A DNA stretch of 55,553 nt, the filler included, from Dimargaris cristalligena (lineage: Eukaryota): NCBI GenBank assembly GCA_003614675.1. It is 2 parts of 2 records of this genome, joined end to end, with 100 filler letters (N's around TTAATTAATTAA, not from the genome) between each part and the next. Parts side by side here need not be neighbours in the genome. Positions count along the whole stretch, not along the records: positions 1 to 27,744 come from ML002510.1; 1 more part is not named here. The stretch is one strand, 5' to 3'. Both the position numbers and the translations under genes were made by a program. Below, piece after piece: positions 12,725-24,392 of the stretch. A model generated the notes under the pieces. That model did not search any database. It was given only the letters and a program-made list of their open reading frames with translations, and was not told where the DNA came from. Position 1 is the stretch's first letter, and every line of letters begins with the position of its first letter.

Positions 12725-15253
12725 GATGGCCACATATTGGCTTCGAATATCCGGCTATCAGTTCAGGCGGTGGTTACGATGACAACTGATGTGACGATTC
12801 GGGAGAATTGTTTCCACGCCTTTGGGAAGTGTACGCCCCGGTTGTTATTTTCAATACTGTTCCATTCACCATGCATTATAACAATGTTATGAAATCTATT
12901 TAAAATGTGGGATGCAATTCGGTATATTAAAGCAATTATTTTGAGACCCTGATTTAACAAACCTTATTGAAAACGGACAATGATGTTCTGTTCATAACTG
13001 TACATTCCTTTTACGACTTTAAAAATCCTACTGTAATAATTGTTTATTAAACTAAATATTTTATTCATAAAATCTTCGTTCTAATTGACTGATTAATACT
13101 ATGGTTCGATTAATATCAAGTTTCGCCCATAATTCATTTATGCTGCTGCCTACATCTCTCCCTCTGTCGGCCAGGAGACACCCTCGTCGACGCCAGTACG
13201 CCCAACAACAGAGCCAACAACTCCCAGTCGCATCCCCAAACCCGGCGCCGTGAAAGCTGATCCTGACGGCAACATAATTACAATAACTGAAGAAAATAAT
13301 ATTCGTCAAATAAGGCCACACTCCTCTTGAATAAATTGGCTACTTTACCTCAAACCATCTGTACCTTCCTAGTATATAGATTTCGGGACAATTGCTATGA
13401 TGTTTGGAATTCTACATGGAAATTACGATTGAATCAATACCCCGCATGAAGTGGGCTGATTGTATAGAAATACGAATGGGGAGATTCGTATACAAAATAA
13501 AAAATAAAAAAGCAGTATCTAACCAAGGGACAGTATGGGCCAAATGTATTGATACATCGACCACAAACCATTAAAATGTTAAACTGAACTTATCAGTTAC
13601 AGTTAGGTGATATTATGATAAGGGGTGACTGCAACTAGAAATCACAGACTCCAGCCTGAAACAGTGAATTATCGCAATCATTGTATTCCAACTTACATAA
13701 TAATACCTACCAACGTGACCTATGTTTGTTATATCTAGCCTCCACCCCTGTTATACCGGTTAATATCTGGTCTCTTTCTATCTCCCCTTCTACCCACACC
13801 CCATTTTTAAAAAAATATAATGAATACACTAGTATAGCGACTTTGACGCCCTGTCCTTTTCGCCTGCGGCAGTGATGCCCAGTATTTAACCTGCCTTACT
13901 ATACGACTAGAAACCAATGATGTGTCAATAAAGCAAAGACAACGGTTGCCTACAGCAATAAACCGTCTACGGTATGTTCCAGAGTTACTATAAGACCTGT
14001 GCAAAAAAATACTTGTCCAATTGAGCCACCCAACTCCTCATTTCTACCCCAGTTAGTTTAACTGTATCTTAGGGGGACCTGCCGGCCTAACCTAAATTAT
14101 GACCCTGCTTACCGTTTCGTAAGGTACAGAATTGGACGGACTGGGCACATTACCATTGATGAATAGGTATGTTGGTCTTTCATGAACACTCTTGCCCGGC
14201 TCTATAAGCTATAGCCAGACGAACCAATTGGACTTCTTAGTTTACACTCTAAGGGGATTTGGGTCGAGGTTCGTCAAATAAAGCCAGATACGCCCTTTCA
14301 AAGAAATATATTGCGAGTAAACGGTCTGTCGAATACCAGCCATTACGTACAATCCAGACTCCCCCTATTTCATCCTATTAAGTAGCGATATAAATGGTGG
14401 TGGGTGGATTCGTTTCAATTGAACTGCAGGGCATTGGCTGTAAAAAATCGAACTGGCGTCTCCCGTATTTCAACATCAGGGGGCGTATTTGGGTACCATC
14501 TAACGAAGTTATCTGGGATTTCAGATGAAGATCAGGCAGGAGAGACAATAGCAAATATATCGAAAATAATGAACTATCAACTTCGGAAATGAATGATAAT
14601 ATCCTGTTGGAGTGAACCTATCTTGAATAGCATTCCTGTCAAATCCCAATTTACCGAGGCCCTGGGGGTTACTATTGATAGCAGAATTTCGGGGTATCGG
14701 CACTTAGACAATTATAGCCGATATGCCCCAAATTAATTTTGTAATATACACTTGGAATTCTATCATCAATTAGTGCCATATAATTCAATGCGTGTGTAGG
14801 ATAATTTATCGAATCTGAGATGCGGTAGCGAGCAAAATACTAATGATTATTATAAAAAAAATCACGATCCGAAGTAGATTTATGAGAGCAGAGCCCATAT
14901 GAATGTTAGCCTGTGGAAATGAAGTAATTGGCAATATATTTTATAAACAATCAAGGTGAGACCCTTAGGTAAGGATGCCTCCCAATAACAAAAAACACAC
15001 AGTAGAAAAGGAACAAATAGTAATAAAATAATACAAGTGGCATAGTCACAGAAAAGAAAACCCCCGAATATGTCTAGAAAATAAATATGTATGTATGTAT
15101 ACATAATAAGTTCAGTTTACCCAACTTCCCCCGAAGTCAAATACATTCATTATGGGGAAACGGTACTTGTCCTATTGCAATACCCATGCCAAAGAGTACA
15201 GACAAGGAATTCCCCACAAATGGACCTCCGTTCGATCGGGGACTAACAGTCTC

Positions 15254-17055
15254 CTAGGAAGAAGCCGTAGGTCTGGGCTGCGCAGGGTCGATTTTACAGT
15301 CCTCGGCAAGTTTACTGAAGGCCTTTTCGAGAATGGGGTTTCCCCCTTGCGCTTCAACCATTTCCCGGATTTCCATTTCCCGGCTGTGGAGAAACTCGAG
15401 AGTGTAGCGGAATGAGTTGGTACGCTCCATGACCTTGATGGCGTATTTTTTGACCTCCCGGTCGCTGGTCCTTTGCTTTAGGATACTAATAAGCTGGTGA
15501 TCCAAAGGGTTACGGCTGATGGAGTGAATCACCGGGAATGAGAATTTGCCCTCTTGTAAATCTTCGCAGAAGCCTTTGTTGTCCGTGTAGGCAGTTGACT
15601 TGAGGTTCATGAAGTCGTCCCGGACTTGAAAGTAGATGCCGAGTTTGTTCACCAAGTCGACGTAATCCGCGTCGTGTTTACTGCAGTGCTGCATCAGTTT
15701 AATCGAAAGACGGAGTAGGCCGCCGGTTTCTGGAAAGTAGGCCAACAGATGACATGGTATATAAAACATAACAAAGAGGGCGGAGGGGGAGGGGAGGGTG
15801 ACATGATTAGCCAACGGGATTTAAGTGGGGAATGTACTGACTGGACCCCGGGTATTGATGGAATAGGATAACATAGAATAAGCCAGCCAAGTCACTCTGC
15901 TTACTGTTGGCCACCATGTGGATATATTCGCCTTCCGTGGGGCAAATGAGCGAATCCCGCCAATGCAGGTCCATACCCTGGCCCTCGTGCAGGTGCAGCA
16001 ATTCTTCGGTGAATACCTCCACCAGCTTAGGTTTGTTCAGCTTGCAGACTTCCTGCAGGGCGAGGAAATAGACATAATTAGCGGAATTGATGGTGGCCGC
16101 CACGCCGAATATTTTGTGGGCCACGGGGATACCCCGACGGAGTTCGGAGTCGTCCTCCACGTCGTCAATGAGCAGACTGGCGGTATGGAGCATATCGATT
16201 ATTTTGGTGATAATGGCCAGCTCGGTTTCGGGGACTTCGAGCCAGTAGTTGAAGGCTTGAATGAGCGTCGTCCGGAACGACTTGCCGGGCTCGGCCATGA
16301 GGTAGTTGAAGGGCTCCAAGAGAACCTAGAGGGCCCGGGCATACACATGGGTAAAAAATCCAAATAAGGCATTGGCATACGAATTAGTGTCGTGCGGGCG
16401 GGAAGGATGAGCTAGTTAAGGGTCATGAAAAACCACTACCCCCCCTCATATTGGAACCATTCCCTAACCGCCCATAAGTATTTGAAAGGTAAATGGCCGG
16501 GCTATAGAGTAACTAGGAGGCCGACATGCCCTCCTGGGCAGCTCTTAAGATGAAGACCCGGGCATGTCAGTTTTGGCTGTCGCTAAAGCTAGTTACGAAC
16601 TTGGAAATAGTAAGAAGACGGACCATTTTATAAGGCAGTTATAGGAAGAACACGTTTAACGTGGAAATGGATAAAGGAATTGAAAAGAGATTCAAGCTAG
16701 AGAAGAGAGACGAGAAATGGAGGCGGGTTTGGCCGATGGAAAATAGTAAGAAGGGGTGCAGGTATAGGAAACCAGGAGAGTAGAAAGGTGGGGAAGGGAA
16801 CAAAGAAGAAGTCGCGGGACAAGAAACTCCGCCTATCCGTATGCATGGGTGGATTTCTTTAAATGGATTCCTCCTATAGCATTGTATCACGTATTGGTCT
16901 CATGCTCCCAATTCCATCACTCAACTCCATTGCCCTACCTTGTCCTGTTGATCCGGGCGCGTGATGGTCATCGGAATCGGGTTTTCGAGCCCAAGGGTCA
17001 GCCGACCTTGGGGGTTGCTGGTCATAATAACCGATGAAGTAGTGGCGGAAGACAT
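15254..17055 (-). CDS. BTS1: Geranylgeranyl pyrophosphate synthase (type III)
   Basis: Exons 17055-16939, 16325-15905, 15729-15254 with GT-AG introns; [21 protein letters not shown] (FARM), [19 protein letters not shown] (SARM), [11 protein letters not shown]. Confidence 0.93.
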
Positions 17056-18508
17056 AGAAGAAGGGAGGGAGGGCGGATTAAGTAAACGGACTGAATTAAA
17101 ATTAATTATAACAGAGCAGGAAAGGAAGCAGTCGAGTTTGACTATAACTTGCGAGAGATGCGGAACATCGGCTTTATATTCGGATACCTGACCGTTCATC
17201 TAGGCTCCTACATATCTGCAAGATGGCGAGGCCGACTGTTATTTGCAGCGGCCCAGAGAGCGGTGACAAGTCAGTCCTGCGAGTGACGATGCAGGGACAG
17301 TCATCATTAACCACGGGCCATTACAAAAAACAAGACAGCTTACGAGCCAAGAAATAAATGGCCCCTAGAATGATCCATACCCCAGATAAATGGACTGAAT
17401 TCATTGGGCAACATGGCCATGCATTCCAATTAGAGCTGCTCCCCGAGGCTAGTAAGTTAAGGGGCAGGTAATGCTAATAAGGCCAGGGATTACAATAGAT
17501 TCTAAGTATCTCAAAGCAACCGACCCCTACTTAAGACCTGCTGATAAGGGTAGGAATGGCTCGGAAGCCTTTTACCCCTAGTTCATGACCCAAACGATGG
17601 AATTCCCCGAGCTGCTGGCGAAGCGTGGGCCTCGTGAGGCCTGGATCACTCGCCCCTTCCCCAGTTGAAACTTGTGCCTACGTATAAAGGAATGATGAGA
17701 ATACAGAATATCGCCAAGGGACCGAGCCATGGCTAAAGATTGGGGGAAACTACCATCCGGGCTACTGCTTCACCTGCGCCCCCATGTCTGATGTCCACAT
17801 TCCCTGTAGCGCTCGGTCTTTGACTGGCCATAACCAATCATCCATAATTATGAGGCCTATTCGGGGCATAGACCCAGTATGACCGGCTTGCCTACTTCCC
17901 CGGGTATTGTGTATTATACGGTCGCTTTAGACTGTCGAATGCGCCGTCCATGACGAGTCGAATAGTTGGGTTTTTTGCATAGGGTAGGGCAGTACTGAAT
18001 CGGCAGTAGTGCAAAACGCTCGCTGGCTCTTTAAACCAGCCTCGCCAACCTAAATGTATCACTGGTGGTCCTCCATACAAGGGCTTCATCCTGCCTTTCC
18101 ATCGACAATACCCGGCGTGGCATTGCAGTGCTATTTTAGCAGTACTTGCGTATACTTAGAGGGACTGGCTGGACGAATGAAATGGCCTTGCTCTAGCAGT
18201 GCGCAGCAATTCTAGCTGGCCTGTACTGGCTGAGTGAGAAGGAGGCAGTGGTGGTGTACGGCCCTCTCTCTACTCTAATCGACGCCTCAAGTTTTTTTCA
18301 CCCAGGAATTCCACGTAAGCTACCACAGCCAACCCCATGTGCCGAATGAGAGAGACTCCATCTTTCTTTCTCTCTCTTGTGTTCAGCTGGCTCTTTATAA
18401 TCCCTTTATTTTGTCCAATCTCTCCCCCCCCCCCGGCGCTTCCAGGTCAATTCCCCTATATTCTACCCTCCCCCCAGGAATATATACCTATACATTCGAT
18501 TCTGAGCC

Positions 18509-20236
18509 ATGTCAGCCTTAGCTAACAAAACCTGCCAGGGTCTCGGCTGCGACAAGCCCGCCAAACTCCAGTGCCCCACATGCATCAAGCTCGGCATCGA
18601 AGGCTCCTTCTTTTGCGACCAGGCCTGTTTCAAGAAGAACTGGCCCCTGCACAAAATGGTGCACGACAATGTGCAAAATGGCGGCACCAGCGGAGGTCCG
18701 GCGGGGACTTACAATCCCTTCCCGGCCTACTATTATTCGGGGGCCATCCGCCCGACCTACCCCTTAGGCCCGCGCCGGACGGTACCCGACCACATTAAGC
18801 GACCCGACTACGCCGAGACGGGGATCCCCACCTCCGAACAGGCCGTGCGAAGCAGCACTAAAATTGAGGTGTTGAATGCCGAAGAAATCGAAATCATTCG
18901 GCATGTCGCCCGTATGGGTCGCGAAGTCCTCGATGCGGGTGCCCGTGCCATTAAAGTGGGCGTGACCACCGATGAAATTGACGCCGTGGTGCACCAGGCC
19001 TGTATCGACCGTAATGCTTATCCTAGTCCGCTGAACTACTATGAATTCCCCAAGTCCCATTGCACGTAAGTTTGGTCTCCTCCCTCTTAGTTTAGGAGTA
19101 ATCCCAAGAGAATGGGGCATGGTATCTTGCTTGAATGGGTGGTTTAACCCACGGGGGTTAGTATAGATTACGGCAGGATGCAATTGCCTAGATTGAATTA
19201 TGAGCGAATTCCAGATCTAATGCAACGCGATACCTACTGCCTAATGCCAACACCCTGTACCACACATCTAACTGGCCCGCGGCACACCACTCCGGTCGTC
19301 TATTGCTTTATTTTATATCTAACCACCAGGTCCGTGAATGAGGTGATTTGCCACGGTATCCCCGACAAGCGACCCCTACAGGATGGCGATATCGTCAACA
19401 TTGATATTAGTATCTACCTAAACGGCTTCCACTCCGACATGAACAAGACCTATTTTGTCGGAAATGTCGACGAAAAGAGCCGTAAGCTCGTCAATACCAC
19501 CCGCGAATGCTTGGATCTCGCTATTAAACTGGGTACGTATAGATCTTTCACAGCCATACTCTCCCCCCTACATAGTCTTTTTTATTTATTTACTGAATTC
19601 CCGCATTTGATTTTTAAAAAAATAACTACGCAAGGGAGAGTACCGTTTACTGACCAGTATACCCTTCTCTATGCATTATACCCTTCCCTTGATATATAGT
19701 TAAACCCGGCGCACTTTACCGCGACCTCGGCACGGTGATTGAAAAGCACGCCAAAAGCCGTGGCTTCTCAGTGGTTAAAACCTACTGTGGACATGGTATT
19801 AACCGCCTATTCCACGCCACCCCCAACGTCCCTCACTACGCCAAGAATAAGGCCATTGGTGTAATGAAGCCTGGTCACGTTTTCACGATTGAGCCGATGA
19901 TCAACGAAGGTATTTAAATGTTGCTGTGTTATTAGACTACCCCCCCCCCCCATTTGCTAGGTGTTCAAACCAGCTGCATTGGTGCCATTTAATATGGACC
20001 TCATGCTACCACTCCCCTAGGGCGGGGTTCTGTTTGCTACATACTAACCCAGTGACATTTTATTTTTCACCAATGCAATCCCATCTTCTCCAGGTACCTA
20101 CCAAGATGACACCTGGCCCGATAATTGGACTTCAGTCACCCGGGATGGTAAGCGGTCGGCCCAGTTTGAACACATGTTACTCGTTACTGATGGTGGCTGC
20201 GAAGTCCTTTCCCGTCGGTTGGAAACATCGCCATAA
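18509..20236 (+). CDS. MAP1: Methionine aminopeptidase 1
   Basis: Exons 18509-19065, 19330-19532, 19700-19909, 20094-20236; N-terminal C6H2 zinc finger, [37 protein letters not shown]. Confidence 0.96.
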
Positions 20237-21092
20237 ACTGCCCATATCCGCTTATCACATTTACCCACTATAATTTATTATATGATGGGCGACAAATGGT
20301 GTTTAGTGGGCTGTGCGCGCTAGTATCATGCGGTTGGGAGTTCCTTCCCCCCTCTATTCAACTGTACTTCTATTAAGAACTTTAAAATGGTTAAATAAAG
20401 CGGGAAGCCGTACCCAGCAGTGGATCTTTCTTGGTTAACAATGAGTTACATAGTGTAGCCATTAGTGTCCCCCTGGGAAATGGATTGGTATATTATACAT
20501 TTGAAATAGACGGGAGTCTGGTGGATAATCAAACACTAGCTTACAAGGCCAAGGTTTAATAGCTAAATTAATAACAACTACTATCTACTTTTACATTTCC
20601 TGATTGCATTGTAATCAAGGCTATACCCAACTGTGTTTTATTTCTCTCCTAATTGGCCATCATCTTGCCCACATTTAATTTTCGTGGCTGGTAACCTAAA
20701 GCACCCATATTCAGAATTACGAGGCATGGTGCACTGTGTTCTATAGTACCCACTATGCCTGCGGTGGGGCCGCTAAGCACATGGTTCAATCCACTGAACC
20801 ACAAAGCACGCATGCCACATTTCCAGTATCATCTAAGACGAATGTTTTAAGATGATTTATGAGAATTGAAGTGCTATGGATCTAGTCCAAAAAAAAAAGT
20901 AATATAATTGTGGATCGCCTATTTTATGATATGGAATTCTGTAACCATCTGTCTATACCAGTTTAAAATTATTTTAATCCCAGACGACTGTCGAATCCAT
21001 GATCGCATTATGTAGAGAAAGAGTGATTTGGCAAAAAGGGTTGACTGATTATGCCACCCACTCCTCTCAACGTTCGATCTAACGGCAGTGTC

Positions 21093-22679
21093 CTATAGTA
21101 GCGAGCCGGTGACCGAAAGAAGTTCGTTGACTTGGTGATAACTGTTGGGAACGAACGTCGATACATTTTTTTAAAAAAAAAAAACGGAAGGGGGGTTAGC
21201 TCAAATATACCAAAACCAAATAATAGAAAAAAGAAAACATACCGTCCTATACAATACGGGTTTCAGGCCGACCCTATTGGTTTGGCAGTCACGTAATACC
21301 CAAAATGGGTGGTGTGTATTGTATAAGGTGTGTGTGAGAGAGAGAAGATAACTTACCTAGCCACTTTGAACCGAAGCAGGCCGTTATGGGACATGCTTTG
21401 CCCGGTGATTTTACTGACCCATTCGCCCATAGCCTGGGTGGGCTGTTCCATCGACTTATCCAGGTTACCCGCCGGGTTGGCGGCCTCATCTTCGGCGGCA
21501 TCGAAATCGGCTGCGTATTTCTCGTTTTGCTGGAAGATAAACTTGTCTTGTGGTATCAAATCCGCGGGTATCGAAACGTTGAAAGTGTTATAGATGAGCA
21601 GACCAATGTGGTCGGCGGACTCGATATTGATGCGACCCTCTGGATAACGTAGCCAGAATACATTCAATAAAAGATAATAGAGTAAAATTAGAAATGTGGT
21701 TAGAAAGCAGAAGGGTAATTATGGCAGAGGTATATAGGAAGTGGCAATCCTCGAAGGGATGTCCATAAAGTAGGGATCGCGCGCACTGGCATGCGGGGAG
21801 TGATCATTTATATAAAACGGAGCGTAGCCACACTTACCCAGCATGGAGCCGACGTGGGGTTTCCAGACCAATAGGTCGGTCTGAATCCAGAATTGTGGGA
21901 AAGGGCATTCGTCAACGACTCGTCCCCACTTTTTCGAGAATCGGATGTTCGAGTAGGAGAGCACCACACCATCGAGGGTAGGCAGGTACCTGAGCGATCA
22001 ATTAGTGAGCCAGATATATATATAATTTTGGTCAGTCAGTATCCCGGCAATATAGTGGATACGAGGCTAATTAACCCATGCATATGGATAACATTGAGAT
22101 CAGCAAGGAATCGCTATATTAATCCAACTTACTTCATGAGGAAACAGTTAAGGTGTTCGTGTATGCCCTGCATGGTGTTACCGACGAAACACGGCGGAAG
22201 AGCAATCAGGATTTCAATGGTCTTGCGAGTGAACTCGGGGATATTCACCTCGGCCGCCGGCGTAGCAGCTATACACGATAATGCCCATCATCAATTGGCA
22301 GCGAGAGAGATGCAAGCATAGTTAGTCAAAGAATAGGAATAAGTGTGAACAACAACTATCGATCGCCGAATATATATATATATATATATAAACCACGCGA
22401 CTCAGGAAAGTTGAAGTTGATTGGTTTCAAGGTGAGGCATTCCATCTATCGCTGAGTCGAATGCAACGATCTCCTCCAATGGCACTTACTCGCTTCGACC
22501 TTGACTTCCGTTTCCTTGACCGAGTCGGACTTTCTCTTCTTGGAGGACTTGGCCTTCTTTTCCGATTTGGAGCGCTTAACCTTGGTTTTGCCGTCAGTAG
22601 GGACGGCGTCACCGCCCGAGGTGGTGGTAGTGGCAGCCACCTGGCTCTCCGCTTCGCGTTCTTTCCGTTTGCTACCCAT
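21093..22679 (-). CDS. RPA43: RNA polymerase I subunit Rpa43
   Basis: Exons 22679-22490, 22268-22133, 21989-21838, 21639-21357, 21141-21093; HLNCFLMKYLPTLDGVVLSYSNI, LVWKPHVGSMLEGRINIESADHIGLLIYNTFNVSIP, C-terminal LSVTGSLL. Confidence 0.9.
22371..22390. repeat. (TA)n microsatellite in Rpa43 intron 1
   Basis: Ten TA units. Confidence 0.85.
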
Positions 22680-23444
22680 GGCTTTAACTGCTGCGTGTGG
22701 GGAGGGGGGAATCAGAAGGGGTCTAAAGACTTCGAATGGAGACTATTGGGCTCACTAAAAAAACAATATATATGAATATAACGAGGCGGTGTGGGGAGTC
22801 TTTGCCAAATTAGCCCGGGACAGAAGAAGCGGTAGGGAGGGGGAAATGAACAAGGGAAGCCCACGACAAGCTAAAAAAGAGTTTACAAAGTAAAAAAGGG
22901 GATTCACCAGCGACGACCGATTGCAAGGGCAAGCACAGCTCAATGTAAGAGGTATGTAGGATAAGGGGAGGTTTCGCCCAAGTCGAGCCAGCTTCGTATA
23001 CTGAAGTCGTCAGTCAATTATGTAAAATGAAAAGAAAAAAAAAAGGAATAATTTGACTGGTAATATCGCTAACATCAAAAATGGTTCGGAAAAAAGGCCA
23101 GAGAGACTCTAAATGGGTTTCACCCAGGCACGTGACTCAAAGGGATGGCTGAGATGCATTATTATAGGGCAGGACGAAATCTTGTCCATGGGGGGATTTT
23201 TTCACCGCCAAGTCAGGCGAGCCGTTGTTGTTCCACCTATCCCACCCACTCAAAACATGGTGCATACATCGAGAATGGAGGGCATGTATGTATGCACCCA
23301 CCCAACCCATTCAAAGCAAATCCTGTTTCCAGTAGCGTTTTTCTCGGTTTCTCTCTTTAATAGATTGAAAACTCTCCCCATTCCTTCCTTTAGGTTCTTT
23401 TACTACCCCTTCAATTACCCCTCAAACCAACTTAGTCTATAGCC

Positions 23445-24032
23445 ATGTCCGGTCGCCAAGGTACGCCGCTTCTACCGCCTATTTCGAAGGCCCCACTCGC
23501 TACCCGTTCGTCGCTGGGCCTACTCTAGCGCCCTTCGATTTCCATCCACCCTCTGACATTGGACTCCCAAGACCGCCTACTAACCCTTCACTCCCATCTT
23601 CCCAACCCTCCATGTACTACCCTCGGCCAGGTGGAAAGCTCAAGCCGCTGAAGAAGCCCAAGAAGACCTCCAACGACGTCGACGATGTAAGTCAAATTGA
23701 TATACGCCCTTACCTTGCTATAGGATGGCCCTCTATCCCCATTCTCCTTTGTATCATATGGGTGTGTATTAGAGCAGAGATCCTGATATAGCTCAGCCAG
23801 TATTGCCAAACCAGTCACCCTTTTCCGGCCATCTCACCTTTTCCGTCGGTATAATATACTATAATGCACCCGATACCCCCTCCCTGCCATTCTCCAACTG
23901 TTTTAGGAAGATCAAGAATTCCTCAAGAAGCAGAGGGAACAGGCCCAGGCTCTGAAGGAAATGCAGAAGAAGGCCGCCGCCGGTGGTCCCCTGGTTTCTG
24001 GTGGTATCAAGAAGTCGGGCAAGAAGAAGTAA
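23445..24032 (+). CDS. TMA7: Translation machinery-associated protein 7
   Basis: Exons 23445-23460, 23631-23686, 23907-24032 give MSGRQGGKLKPLKKPKK...EDQEFLKKQRE...GGPLVSGGIKKSGKKK; not in the ORF track because of splicing. Confidence 0.95.
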
Positions 24033-24392
24033 TCCTCTTCACCCTCGGATACTGTGTTGTGCATACATACCACCAAAGTAGAGAGGCCTGGCTGATTTAG
24101 TCTACTATTCTCAAGCCACGCATCCCTTTAACGGGTTTTATCCCTTTTGACTACTCCCGGTTGGAAGGTCCCTTTTGTCTGGGATAGATCCTAATTGCCC
24201 TTTACCTACCTGGCTATGTACCCTTGTCGTTAAATCATGAATCTCCCCTTTGTCAATATACATACCACCCCTATATTTACAGAATCACCGTACTTAATTG
24301 ACATGCCTGAAAACTGTATTACAAATTACTAAGAGACGTAGGAGAGAGATATGACGGAGAGTAAATTACCCTAAAATTTACACCCCCCAGCT

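Noticed and set aside
17689..17796. Box C (ATGATGA 17692) ... box D (CTGA 17788) with a short gga/tcc stem, snoRNA-like
   Set aside because: No recognisable rRNA-antisense element or C'/D' boxes; such motifs arise by chance. Would need an Infernal/snoscan hit.
15254..20236. GGPP synthase as the core of a terpene biosynthetic cluster with MetAP1 as a resistance gene
   Set aside because: No cyclase, P450 or transporter nearby; neighbours are housekeeping genes.
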